From Basidiobolus meristosporus CBS 931.73 (Eukaryota > Fungi > Basidiobolomycota): DNA of 64,000 bases. Of this stretch, positions 38,494 to 51,544 are shown piece by piece. Under the pieces are notes generated by a model. The model saw nothing but the letters and a program-made list of their open reading frames with translations, was not told the DNA's origin and did no database searches. The first letter of the stretch is position 1; every line of letters starts with the position of its first letter. Location of the stretch: the NCBI GenBank assembly GCA_002104905.1, contig MCFE01000218.1, positions 60,719-124,718 of the forward strand, given 5' to 3'. The position numbers and the translations under genes are program-made.

Positions 38494-38700
38494 CTAGGCC
38501 TCGTCGTCTTTCTTGGCTTCCTTCTTGTTCACCGGGTTTTCCGGGGCGGTCTTCCATCGAGCGGCCACCACTTTGAAGGCATCTTTATGAACCAAGGAAG
38601 GATCCTCGGCCTTCACCTTGGCAAGCTCGGTTTTCATGAATCTGTTGTAAGGAGAGAGCTTTTTTCCGCCCGCTCTTTTGATCGTCTTTTCTCTGGCCAT
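38494..38700 (-). CDS. 68-aa YABBY/HMG-box-like basic protein
   Basis: KLSPYNRFMKTELAKVKAEDPSLVHKDAFKVVAARWK matches the YABBY helix-loop-helix pattern (SAYNxFxKxEIxRIKAxNPDIxHREAFxxAAKNW); TATAAATA about 85 bp upstream. Confidence 0.8.
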   Translation of the reverse strand: MAREKTIKRAGGKKLSPYNRFMKTELAKVKAEDPSLVHKDAFKVVAARWKTAPENPVNKKEAKKDDEA

Positions 38701-40136
38701 TGAGTGCGAAGGTGAAACCGATTTCAGGGGATGGGGGTTGGTCGAAGGTGGAAAGAGAATGCATTCCCATGAAGAGTGGTGCGTCTATTTATATGGGTGG
38801 ACTCGTTGCGGTCTCCAAACGGTGGATAATACATCGATTGAAACCGGTATTCTCGCACGAAAACGCGAATGGATCACTGTCATGAGCAACAGGCCAATCG
38901 GTGGGTGTGTTTGCATCGGAAATACATGGCAGTCATTCTTGGAGCAGAGTCCATGTATGGAGGGCACTCTGTCCACCAACCCGGATTTCAAGGGATCCCA
39001 GACTGGCTTGGTGGAGACTGGAGCCTAATCAACGGAGTTACTGCCTATCATCACATAGGAGGGCTTCATTTGCAAGAGTTTCAATTTACTCCCGTTATGA
39101 TCGTGCCAAGTCACTGCAACACGGCTATCTTGTAATGTCCATCTTCACAAACCTACTCAATAACACCGTGCAAAGCACCCCGTGCCGCCCAATAGTATCT
39201 CACATATGGTTTGCTTTTGATTGTTCGTCTATCTACACCAACAGCCACCAATCCACGCCCACTTCCGCTTGCTTCAACCTTTGTTTATCTCCTTTGCAGC
39301 CAATCCAGCTGACTCTCCATCTGGAACATGGAAATCTGGTTTGCGTGTTGGGGGCACAGTTGCCGATTTCTTCACGGTAAACGAGTGATCGTATGAGGCT
39401 GCCATGTGAGCAATCAGAATACGAGTGTGGCGAGCCCATTTGTCCGCGGCTGAGCGAGGTGTGTGTTCGATCTTCCCCAACCAAATGAGTGCAGCTGGAT
39501 TGTGGTGGATTGTTCAAAAGCGATAACCTGAGCACCTGAAGGTACAGAGGGTTGAAGGATTACAGCAAGGGATATTAAAGGTGTTCAAGCGTTGGCGCCA
39601 CTTCAAAAGCCAAGCGTTGCGGTCGCTTCATCTCCAGCAGTAGAGTAAAATGCATCCCGACTTGTTCTGAATCATATTTAAGCGCGTGGAGGTTTCCAGA
39701 CGAGGGGTTTGCGCGCTTTTCTGCTACCAACCTCTCAGCAACTAGCACTGTAGGGGGCCTGACGTATTTGGTGAGAAGGCATCAAGCGACAGAAGAGCCT
39801 TGGTTTGGCTCAGTCACCCTGGAATTTCAAGAACAGAAATGGAAAGTATCCGGCAGTCCCCACTTCACATGAGCCTCAATGCAAATGAATAATGAGGTAA
39901 TGATTAATACATGTTGTGCTTGGCAGTCAACAAGCTAGCCATGATCGTGGCCCATATTAGATACAAATCTAAACCACAAAGAATTCCCGCTTCTGCTCAA
40001 ATTGATTAGCTGATTCGATTTCATGGGATACATGCAGGATGGGATTTGGCCATTCCGCAACCATCCTCTGGAAATTCCCTTCAATCCTTCCTTCTGCAAT
40101 TCACCTAGATCTCCCACATATATCATACACCGCCTC

Positions 40137-41614
40137 ATGCCGCAGCTTCATATTCTACAGCACAAAAGGTTATTACAGTATACACGTCAAAATGGCAGCT
40201 AAACCCCAAGCTAACTGTGTGGAACTGAAATAGTTGGCATGTCTACAACCAAGAGAATCGCGACAGGGTGAGTCGCGATGAAGAAAAGGCTCGCCAAGAA
40301 GAGGAGGAGAAAGAGAAGAAAATCGTAAAAGCGGTAGGCACATGGCTGGCGAAACTTGTTGGAAATCCCTCCCCTCTGACCCATGTTCTACGTGGAATAT
40401 TCGAATTAAGGAAAGTGAGCATAGATTGGCTTTGTTGAGAAAGAAAGCCCAAGAAAGATTGCAATCCACAGCAGGAGGGAACACCCCCGAAATCCAATCA
40501 ACTGTCACCTCGTCTTCTCCGTCGCGTACTGTCGTTGCTACGACACCCATTCAAGTGACCAAGGAAGAGGAAGAAAGAGGCTCAAAACCTTTGACTAAGC
40601 AGATAGCTACTTCCTCGCAGCCCAAACCCGAACATATAAACTTCTGGGCCGATTACGAAAAGGTATCCATGGATGGAGAATAGCCAAGTAGTTCGGTCTA
40701 CTAATGTCTTCCTTGAAGAAATCCGTAGTCACCAGCAAAGGAAATCCGGAATACGAGGCAGACAAGAAAAAGGAACAGGATAAATGGGATCGACAGATCA
40801 CGAAGTATTTAGGCGATGTCGTAAAAGGTTTTGAATGCTTTTGGTGGGCTTCATTAATTACACATACCGTTTTCTGACTCAGTATCTGTTCTGGCTGTGA
40901 CAGGGAAAGAACCTTGGTATGCAAAACAGTCCGTCTCTCATGATACTGTAGAGTAAGTTGATAGTAGGCAGCTCAAGCTGAAGAGCTCATTGTTAACCAC
41001 GCCCACAGACACTACGACGGAAGCCAAAAAAGCCGACAGGACCCGCTCTCAAGCATCAACAAATTCGTTGCCAAGAAAAAAAGCGATAAAGAGCATCAGG
41101 AGATGGAGCTTCTGAAGCAAACCATCGAAAGGGAGAGACGATCGAAGTAAGTGGCCCTTTTCCATGGTAACCCTTTTGTATGGACCGGTTACTAAGGAAA
41201 CACCCCAACAGAAGAAGGTCAGAAGGTAGTGCAAACAAACGCGATAGAGAGGATGGTCACAAATCGAAGAAAGAGAAGAAATCCAAGCACAAGCACAAGC
41301 ACAGCTCAAAAAGTTCCAGCAAATCTGAGGTAATCCAAACAAACCTGCCTAGCATAGTCCACCATCGGTCAGCAGCCTCCAGTACTGACCCTTGAATTCA
41401 CCAGAAAACAATCTACTCGCCGGAGATACAGAAGCTGCGTGACGAATGGTACCAAAAGGAAAAGCAAAGACGTGAGCGTGCGGAGAGGCTCCTTGAGTAT
41501 GAGAAAAGTAGCCGGCCCAGAGGACGATACTATTCTCAGTACAATCCACACGAAGAAAGAAACTCTAGACACCAAGAAGGCGGCTCATCAAGGCATAGCA
41601 GCCAGCGGCGATAA
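40137..41614 (+). CDS. LENG1-like / CIR N-terminal domain protein, multi-exon
   Basis: Spliced N-terminus MPQLHILQHKSWHVYNQENRDRVSRDEEKA; internal HINFWADYEK, GNPEYEADK, PWY, QDPLSSINK; C-terminal YYSQYNP; GT-AG introns (the first at 40169-40233). Some internal exon borders are approximate. Confidence 0.85.
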
Positions 41615-42431
41615 GCTCAACTAAGATTGTAAATGTACCATAAGATAAATAAACAAGCCATGTAGGGGGACTTGTCTAGGAAATGGCTGGTGTCTGGAAT
41701 TAATCTGCATTAACCTTGTAAACGATCTGTGCGGAACTTGAATCAATCACTCGATACCACTGTGTGCTGGCAGTTGGATAGATCGCGATGTTGGCGCACT
41801 CTGCCAGAGTCTGCATTTAGCTGCCGAATCCCACCACCAGCGGATGTGGGGTTGAGGTGGACACTGGCGATTGATTACTTGTCGGATATTGCTGATATGT
41901 AATGAATCGTCATATGCCTGACCATTGAGGAAAAGGCGTACATCATGGCTGCTGGCGATGCTGTGTTCGGCAATATTGTAAGAAACGTTCACGGAAGAGC
42001 ACGCTCTCTCGGTTAGGATAGTGTATGGAGAGTAGACCTGCATCTCGTAGGCTGATGAAGCTCAGTCTAAATTAAAAACGCCCCATTGATAGATTATTTT
42101 CAGCTACTGTAACACACATTGACGCATTGGAACAGGTCCTGGCCTGCCATTGGCCATACGGCGGTGGGGACTTTTCACTATTGATTATGGTTCCAAAAAT
42201 AGCCTATCATTCGCAGCGGCTATGGCCGTTTTTGGAGAGGGTCTGAATTACCGCCAATTCAACTTACTTTATTGCAAATTAAGAAGCGCACACCCGGATC
42301 TCAATGATAGATAAGTACGCTCATCTAATGAGGAAACCGCTGCTCTCCGCTTATAACTATCCGACTTTGTCCTCAGGGGTTTCCTCGCTATTCTTTGATT
42401 GTATTATACCGCACTGCCGAAGTTGCCCTCC

Positions 42432-43754
42432 ATGTTCATAAGCAATCTAGGAATCTCTAGACCAAGAAAATTGTTTCTATATATCACGGTGGTCACGCTT
42501 TGTTTCCTGTCCTATTACGCACTGACCCATGTGTACAGATTTGAGTCCCCAAACTCCCTGCATGACCTACCAGGCGAGAGGCCTCTAGGCCCCATCGAAC
42601 ATGTCCCACATGCACCCATAGCTGATGACACGGACATCCTCATGCCAGGTCATTTCGACTTTCAGCAAGACCGTAGAGTTCCGGCCAACTACATTGCCAA
42701 CTTGACCTTAATCATGGATGAGTGTGATATGAAGAAGGTGTCTGTTAGCGAATGCTTGGACTATATTCAGAAGAACCAACGCGCATACATGTATCTCTCA
42801 AATCCTAACGCCGAGCTTACCTCGTCTGCGTGCCCGGAGAACGACCCAATGCTCTTTCATATCTATTGGAAGGGACCGTTCACTGACAAGCTCTCCCTAA
42901 CCATCAAATCTTTCCTGTACTCTCAGCCCTTGGAGTGCTCCAGACTATGGGTTTGGATGGATTCGTGGGGATCCAAGGAGGATCTGGAGACCAACGAGTT
43001 CTCCTCACCCTTGCTCGAGTTCTCTTCCAATGTGGAGTTCAAACAGTGGTCTCTGGAAGACGAGGTCAAGAAGAGCCCGGACTTTGCCAACCTCTCCCCC
43101 AAAGCCGTCAAAACAGTAGCATACAGCGACATGGTTCGTTTCGTGGTGTTGAATTTGTACGGTGGTTTGTATCACGATGCCGATGTGTTATTCCTTCGTG
43201 ATTACCGACCCCTCTACTACGCACCTGAGGCATTTGCTTATCAATGGAGCTACACCCCCAAGTTTAACACGGCCATCTTCCGTATGCGTGCCAACAGTAC
43301 CGTAAGCAGATGGTTGGTGAACCGTGCGATTGCCAACGGGTCTTTCCATCCTGAGAACATCAACCAGTACCTGAGCGAATGGAACAACAAATTCACCGAG
43401 TTTCCCGAGAAGCCCGAGCTTCTGATGCTTCCACTTGCCCTCTTCGACCCCTTATGGCTGAAGAATGACGACCACCAGCGGGGCAAGAAGCTGCTGCCAA
43501 ATCTGAACAAGTTCACCGATGCGTTCGATTCGGCGAAGGTGGAGGGAGAGTTCGATTTGTTACTGGACGACGAGATGCCTGAAAGGGAGTTCGAGAACTT
43601 CTTCCCTGGAGCATGGTCATACCACTGGCACAACAACTGGAAAACCCCAATCGCCAAGGGGTCCTGGATGGGTGTGCTGCTTAAATCCTTTGACGACTTC
43701 CTTTACAACGAAGGCCGCAATTATTACGGGGAGGCTTTTGAAAAGTCCGAGTAA
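42432..43754 (+). CDS. Type II membrane DXD glycosyltransferase (GT32 / sugar-binding DXD-like), intronless
   Basis: N-terminal TM helix (LFLYITVVTLCFLSYYAL); FHIYWKG, SDMVRFVVLNLYGGLYHDADVLFLRD, NTAIF, YHWHNNW. First ATG at 42432 (the ORF track starts at TTG 42399). Confidence 0.88.
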   Translation: MFISNLGISRPRKLFLYITVVTLCFLSYYALTHVYRFESPNSLHDLPGERPLGPIEHVPHAPIADDTDILMPGHFDFQQDRRVPANYIANLTLIMDECDMKKVSVSECLDYIQKNQRAYMYLSNPNAELTSSACPENDPMLFHIYWKGPFTDKLSLTIKSFLYSQPLECSRLWVWMDSWGSKEDLETNEFSSPLLEFSSNVEFKQWSLEDEVKKSPDFANLSPKAVKTVAYSDMVRFVVLNLYGGLYHDADVLFLRDYRPLYYAPEAFAYQWSYTPKFNTAIFRMRANSTVSRWLVNRAIANGSFHPENINQYLSEWNNKFTEFPEKPELLMLPLALFDPLWLKNDDHQRGKKLLPNLNKFTDAFDSAKVEGEFDLLLDDEMPEREFENFFPGAWSYHWHNNWKTPIAKGSWMGVLLKSFDDFLYNEGRNYYGEAFEKSE

Positions 43755-45959
43755 CCACCGCATACCCAGTTCCTCGGAGACGGGACGCTTCATGTAATTT
43801 ATGGACAAATCCAGCTGCGAGTGTGGACTATTTTGACCCGCTAATGCTTGTGCTGTTGAATAGCCCTATTGCAGCTTCGAAGGTTGTGATGCCATACCCA
43901 ATACACAAACCCAATACACCCTGTTGAGCTTTACGCGTATAATGCCAATTTTGAGCAATAACCAAAATAAACCTGAATGAGATTGGATCTGAGGCAGTTT
44001 GAGTTTCAAGAGCTAGGGGGGCTTGATTGGTCGAAATCCGAATTGCTGCGTTACTTGGGTGGAACAGCTCGTTGCATCCCCAGAGTAGCAGATTCAAACA
44101 GCCTTGAATGGAAGATTCATGAGCTCCCTGATTTCTCTTGTGGTTTACCAATCGCCATCAGGCATTTTGGGGTGATCAGTAATTGGTCATCACCCACACA
44201 CATCACCTAATGGATGATTTCGTACACATCTCACCAACATCGGATATTGTGCCTACCTCAATGCTAGCAGCTGAGTAGAAGCCAGTTAGTGGGGTTGGCT
44301 AGGCCAGGTCTCCAACTCTGTCCATAATGCGTGAAGGAGAAGGGTGCGGCAGCCATTCTGTAGCAAATAGCACCTGGACGAAAGTGGGTTGGGCCGCCAC
44401 TGGTGGCACTACCATGACGATGGAGCTGCAGAATCATTATGGTTTGTGTGGCCCATTAATATCTTGTAGGATTTTTTAATGGACACCATCAGAATACCAT
44501 ATGAAGATCAGCTAGAATCCAACAATTAGGCTTACACCTTATAAAGAATGAGGGCTGGAGGCCATATTTAAGCGTAATAATCCATGCAATACGTAGACCG
44601 TTGTATACACCCTCATATACACTTCTTGTACAAGGTATAAAGCCCAACCGATAGCTTTCACAGGCCCGTATGGAAAAGGTACGAATACCATCAAAAACCC
44701 AAGAAAATCCAATCGCGGGATTTTTACTGATAGATCTGATAGCTGGATGCTCATTTACCAAAGAGCTTACAAGACAGCAGTTACGGTGTTGCAAGTTAGA
44801 GCAACCACCTTCCGGATTGCAGGATGCTGCATATCCCTACTCTATCACCAAGTCGTTGCCTGGCATTTCAAAAATTGGCCGGGTGCATCAGTGCAGTGGA
44901 TTTTTAAGGGAACAAGATAATATCTGCTGATACACATCATCATGTCCAAGTTTCAAATCCCATTTGCCTCAGGCCGACGGCCAGCTGCCTCATTAATGCT
45001 GCTTCCTACCTTTGAGGGGCTTATTCGAGCAGGCTGCCATTGACCCTGAATGATCTAGTCCAAATCCCACGTGTTCCGGTTCTTTGTCGGTCATTGGGAT
45101 TCTATGCATTTGTATGGCCAGGCCGCAGAAACGGTACTGAATGGATCTCGCCCATTGTAATGACTGGCGCATTGATGACTTGTGCCAGACCCCAGCCGCC
45201 ACCTGGACAGATGAATCATTCACTCGGGTCGGGCTGATTGATGATTAAGTTCCAACAGTTGGGCTGTAGGGCCATTTGAGACCCAGTTCCTCCAAGGTTC
45301 GTGTGGCGCCTGCTTACGCCATATTGCAATTATGTAGATCACGTATTTCTGGTTTGGGTGCTACAAGTAAACCATCCTAATGCGTGCCGAATTGGATTCA
45401 GTAAAAGTGAGTCTCTTTCCTCAGGTACACAGGCCTCATTAGCGAGTATCCGCAATTCATTGAAGCCCGACGGCAAATGAAGTGCAGCCATTGTTCCATT
45501 CACCATGCTGTCACTCTGCTGAGGATTAGGGGGTGGCATTCTTAGGCCCATCAGTATCAAACCCATAATTGGGCTCAACTAGCACTGAACGCAGGGGAGG
45601 GATGGATGTCTTTTTGTGCTAGTGAATTCACTTTTTGCATCGATATTCACAGCCGATTGTTTGGAGAACAATGGTCCCCACAGAGCCATTCATATCCCGG
45701 CTTGGCTTCCTACTCGGTGTGCAGTGCCAATAATATACCTCCGCCGTGGCATATGATCTAATTTGGGACGGACTTGCAAGCTAGGTAACGATTGTTGCCG
45801 AAACATCGGAGGTTTCATTACTCTTGAGCATCATGTAGTGAAGGAGTTCGCAGAATCAATGATGCTCCTCTCCTCTGAAAGTAGTATTTAACGAGCAGAA
45901 CCCATCTGCACTACATTCGTTCACTTCTCTATTTTCCTAACAGGACAAGGGATACCATC

Positions 45960-46175
45960 ATGAAGACATTTTTCTTGCTGCTGTCCTTTGTAATCGCATC
46001 CGGTGCTCAGAAATGCCCAACAAGTTGCCAGAATAGGACCTGCCCTAAAGGCTGGGATTGTAAGCCATCTGTGGGCCCGGATGCGGGATGTATGATGTGT
46101 TGTCCACAGTGTGCTCTTGCGAAGCCCATACGCTGCGAGGTGGCATGTATCTTATGCTGCAAGGGCAGGAAATAG
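45960..46175 (+). CDS. Small secreted cysteine-rich peptide (71 aa, 12 Cys)
   Basis: ATG in ACCATCATG context; hydrophobic signal peptide MKTFFLLLSFVIASGA; 12 Cys in the 55-aa mature part; TATTTAA at about 45885. Confidence 0.72.
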   Translation: MKTFFLLLSFVIASGAQKCPTSCQNRTCPKGWDCKPSVGPDAGCMMCCPQCALAKPIRCEVACILCCKGRK

Positions 46176-48948
46176 TGCTGTCGCTCTACCTGAAGCATGT
46201 GATATCATTATTGTTGTTTCACGCAATTCTTGTCTTGTCAGAAATAAATCCAAAGCGCACCTACCATAGACAGCTTCCTCTTTTGTGATTGTGAATTTGC
46301 ATTCGCCACAATCATCGTATCTGACTGGCAGCCGCCACCGAACATACCGTTCTTTCATCAAAAACGTAATGTCTAACTTGGCCTTGGCAACGGAATTCTG
46401 TTACTGCAGGATATGATCCGTACACTTGACAGCCTAGAACAACCATAAGCATCAATAGTCCAAAGTGGCACTGAGAAGAACTGAGGGCAACCGATAAAGA
46501 GTGGATACTGAAGTATAGCAGATACCGTATTACTTGCTCAAAGCTTGGTGTCCTTGTGAATACCCACCCAGGATTCTTCCAAAAAAGCAAGCTCAAGATC
46601 CATGTCAACTACAACTGTGACAGGTACAGGTTTTCTTATATTATGGATAAGCGGCAGGATCTTGATGCTCCTACTGGATGTACCGTTACTGATTGCACTA
46701 CTCCATGGAACTTTTCAGAATGGGGATTAGGGTTGGTGCTATAAGCAAGCTGGAAAATATATTGTTTCTAGCCATTGAAGCCAGGCTATTTACTTTCCGA
46801 GACTTTGTGAACAATAGGAAATCTATGTGAAAAAGTCAGAAGACCATATTGAAAGGTATGAATAACATCAAAAATGCAGAAACAACATGATTTCGAAACT
46901 TCTGACAGGGTGATACCCATTGGATAACTCTGCCCATTGTGCCAGCAAAAGCCACCACTCTTGAGAAGTGCAGGTGTATCTCTTGGGTAGATTACCATAT
47001 GTGCTTTCTCATGATGGCTATTTGCTAGGACTCTGCTGAACAATTGACAGAGCCCCTCCATTAGTGATTACAGAGCCAGGTAGAAGATGCCCAATAGGAT
47101 TTCTCTTGGGTTGGGGTATCAAAGGGGATATGGTAAATATTTGTCACCATACCGGTGACACTGAATGAGGTTATAGCCTTGAATAACTCTGTAATACATC
47201 CCGAATGAATGTAGGATGGAAAAGATACGTCTGGATCCAACATTTACTAGCCGGGTAGTGAGCATGGTGTCCTCGTGGCAAAGCTATTTGCCCTCTACTG
47301 CACCAATAGCATTTGAACCGGCCTTTATCAATGAGCCGGAGCAATGGTATCTTCATCCAGATATGTATAGGAAAACCATCTTTTATCGGGCCCTGTTCAC
47401 CATAGAGTCGTCTACATGCCGGCGAAAATCACCAACATCACCGATTCCTACTGCGAGCCGCTACCGTAGACTTTTATGAATAGGTGTTCACCGACCAACA
47501 ACCTTCAAAGCTACGAAACCGTATTTGTTGAGATAAAGTTTTGAACTGAATGCTAATGCCAAAGGTGATATCCTTCGGTAGACATATATCAGTCTGTGGT
47601 GGATAGCTTGGAGTGCGTCACTACACGTTGAGTAATAAATGGGTAAGCAACCGGTAGACACTAACCAAGGCACAAAACGGAGCCAGGAATTGCTGCATGG
47701 CGCAGCGATCTTTGGAACTGGGGTTTTTACTGCAATCCAAATCTTCGGGCACCTCCTACTAGTCACGATTAATCGTGTAGGACCACCAGTCACTTTGAGC
47801 CATCTGGATCATCCAAACCATGCCAATCAGTCACATATATCTAAGACGAACTCCACCCAGTGCTTACGTCAATTCTATCGGGGAAAATCAAGCTGACAAC
47901 GTTGTAGTGAAGGTTACTGGCCGTCAATATAGATGTGCTCTCGTAATCGATTGCGACCTAACTTTGTGACTGCTAGTCAGCCTGTATCCAAGAAATAATG
48001 AGCTCCAGCGTTGTTGATCCCAGGAGTTGATGTCATGAAAAGTACGAGCAACATGGGAATAGGCGTGTAACACAAGTGTGAATTCAATAGAAGGGCCATC
48101 AAACCGGCAAATAAGTAGGATTCCTTGAGGAATGCTATCGAATGGGGCTTCGAATTTCCCTCAGCTGCGGTGGTTAATAGTCATCATTAAGTCTGTTCAA
48201 ATGTTCGGTGAGCGGGTTCTCAATAGAAGAGATCTCCCTAGAAATCCCTTCCTAATGGTATACACAAGCAATGCCCTCTGGATTCTCAGCACTCGCGCTG
48301 TTGGATACAAACTGGGGCATGGCGGTGCATACAGGGTTTCCTAGGCTGTGGCCACTGTAATGGGCAACCATATAAAACCCCTTATAGCGAATCCACTCCG
48401 CAGCCTTTCAGGCACCGGCTTTATCCACAACTCGGATTTTGGTCAGATCAGTGCTTGCTTGAAGTACAGACTCGTCAAGCCAGACAAAAGCGGAGATTTC
48501 CAAGCACATATGATTTTAAGCCATTCATTTTCCAACAATCTACTTCGCCACCAATCGAATCGATTGCTTGGTGCACCTCCGTGCACATACTGGCAGTCTG
48601 GTATTTAGTTCTAGACGGTGCGTCTGGTCAGTACGGTGATCCGAAATCCGAAATGTACCTGGGATAGTACTTTTCCTTTGATTTGAAATCCACTCGTGTG
48701 GTCCAATAATATTGGCTGAAGCAGGGCCGACCAATCAGTCACGTGACTCCGAGTCATTAGTAATGCAGTAGGACATCACTAGCTATTTGATGATGTGCTG
48801 TTTCACCCACCAAACACTATGCCAGGTAGATCAAGATATATCCCGTAGGATTCCCACGGTTGGCTCAGGATGGTTGGTAATGCTCCTAGTGGCGAATAGA
48901 TATAAAAGTCCGACTGCTTCTATTCGCTCACTAATATCTATTGAAGCA

Positions 48949-49919
48949 ATGGCCAATATCGATTCCACCAAACTGCCACTAATGTGCGTCACATGTGGCA
49001 CCCAGTTCCCCTCCTCGACGCAGGTGGAGTGTCCTATCTGTCTAGATGATCGTCAGTTTGTCCCTACCTCCGGCCAACAGTGGACAACATTGAAGGATCT
49101 GCAGGATACTCACCATAATGAGTTCAAGGCTTGTGCGAATGACAAGCGTATCTTTGGCATATGCACTTCGCCGAAATTCGCCATTGGCCAGCGTGGGATA
49201 CTGATCTGTACCCCGCAAGGAAACATTCTGTGGGATTGCATTTCTCTACTTGATAAGGAAACGGTCGATAGAATTAACGAGTTGGGGGGCCTCAAAGCAA
49301 TCGCGATATCCCACCCGCATTTCTATTCCAGGTGAGTGGCAAATCCATCAGTTGGCGAGAGCCGCTCTAACCTGTAGATTTCCATAGTATGGTCGAGTGG
49401 AGCAAAGCTTTTAACGATGTCCCGGTGTATGTCCACAAGCGGGACGAACAGTGGATTATGAACCCTGATAAGCGATTAACCCTTTGGGAAGGAGACTCCT
49501 TGAATCTTCTCGGAGGAGAGGCCAGAGTCGTCCGCTGTGGAGGCCACTTTGACGGCTCTTGCGTTTTGCATTGGGAAAACAGTATGTGGCGTTCGGTACA
49601 AAAGTTGATAACTCCATGATTGCTGATATTCCGTGTGTTGTTATCAATAGAGTTGTTTGTCGGTGACACCATTCATGTCGTACCCAACCGGAGTTTCGTG
49701 ACATTCATGTGGTCCTACCCTAACATGGTTCCTCTCTCTCCTGCTGCAATCAATCACATCTGGAGAGCAGTGAAGCCCTTGAGATTTGATGAGATCTATG
49801 GGATCTGGGATGGTGCTGAGATACTCCATGGTGCACGTGAGATAGTTCTTAAATCCGCGCAACGCTATATCAAGGCTGAGGACCATGACAGCGATCCTAT
49901 TCTTTTGGAGACTATTTGA
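48949..49919 (+). CDS. Metallo-beta-lactamase-fold hydrolase with N-terminal Cys4 zinc ribbon, 3 exons
   Basis: CVTCGTQF...CPICLDDRQFV...GQQWTTL; ILWDCISLLD; AISHPHFYSSMVEW; GGHFDGSCVLHW; LFVGDT; FMWSYPNMVPL. Introns at about 49332-49387 and 49582-49650; TATAAAA at 48901. Confidence 0.92.
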
Positions 49920-51544
49920 GATTCCTTGATATGTGATATCACCGGATATTAGCCCATGGTTAGGTTGAAGTATGTGAGATTCTCCCAAACCAAACTTTGG
50001 ATTAAAGCTTAATGCCAGTGCTTTCAGCCAGTTTATCTTGATTCGATAGGTTGGTGCTGAGGAAAGACACTTTGTGGGATACAAACTAACAGCAGATATT
50101 CGATTATGTAACACCAAGTCAGGCTTGTGATCACTGCATTGTAAATGTACAAACACCAAATCACATCAGTCTGATGGGTTGATAATAGCGGAAATTTGGG
50201 TTAGTATCCTCGAAATATGGTGTGGGAACAAGGGATGTTTAGCCAACATATGTGTGAAAAAGGTTAAGGTACCGAGTTACCCTGCACGTTCCTTCGGCTC
50301 CCAATTAAAGATGGCAGTGCATGTTTACATTCTTCCATACAGATTTTGAATATACAGCCACTCTCCTGAACGCTAATGGGCTTTATACCTATGCAGGCTG
50401 GGGTGAGATCAACATGGTACACTATAGGTCGCATATAAGAGCTTTTTTGCCACACTCAAGCCCTTGGTCAGATGTTATTTTGTTCTTCAGAGACATGTTC
50501 AATTTGCTGATGTTTAGCAAACCAATGGGTCATGTAAAGCGCATCCAAAGTACTGCTGGCTGAGCAAAGGACCCCCTTACAAAACAGAATCTAGTTATCA
50601 GTGTTTGTGCGCACTGGGCTGAATGAGTTTTGAGTAATACTGGCAGCTATGGAGAGCCGCCGTAACTATTTCCTTAGACAGCCGCTGACCGAGAGATTTG
50701 TCTAGCTTGGGCTACAGTACATGGAAAGCGCTTCAATTCACAATGGCGAGATGGCTAAACTACGGGATGCAATTCTCAAAAGTAGCCTTGACGGGCATAT
50801 ACTTGTTGGGAGGCTCGATTGCCAAAATTGGGGCGCTGGATAAGTCATATATGCCCCAATAGGATTCCTTTTCAGATTTCGGTTCCATAATTGGAATTCT
50901 CTCCACAAATTATTTCCAAATTGTTACGATTGTTTAGCATGCTTGGTTGGAGGTATCCCAAGTTGAGACCATATAACGTATCAACAATAACTATATTCAC
51001 TGAATTATACAGTAAACGGGGCTAAGGTGCTTCAGTCAACATGTTCGCTGGTCAAAAGAAATGGGCATCTATTGAAAGCCAACAGGTACATATGTTTGCG
51101 ATGTACATATTCACGCACCCGTTACTGGAATATAGAGGTTTTTCATATGGTAGACCAGTGCCAAACTCCTCAACAACTAATGGGATATGCGGTATTCTTT
51201 ACTGCAGCATTCGGATAGCTGATCTAAGAAATGGATAAAGGTTGGTTACCAACTCGCATAGTTTGAGGCTGAAATTAAGTATGATGATAGGGCATAATAC
51301 TTGAAATCCAAATTGCTTTGGGCTTTTATGAGTATCCACGAGGTTCAAATACAGCTGTATGCAGCTTTGCCGATCTGACTATATTCCCAACAGCGGTCTC
51401 ACCGCAAAGTGCTTCCAAAGCTCACCTGAAAGATTAAAAGCGTGTATATTGATTGATGATAGTCATCAATGCTACTCAGAGATGAAGAAAAAATGGAGTT
51501 GACACTTGACCAATTGTTTAGAGGATCAGCAATATGCTTAGGAC

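Noticed and set aside
39420-39480. Weak A-box/B-box-like sequence (GTTCGATC)
   Set aside because: No cloverleaf could be folded; not called as tRNA.
38869-39535. Overlapping 88-159 aa ORFs on both strands
   Set aside because: No motif, splice pattern or codon bias that I can support; possibly intergenic or decayed.
41747-42043. 98-aa minus-strand ORF between LENG1 and the glycosyltransferase
   Set aside because: No signal peptide or known domain; insufficient evidence.
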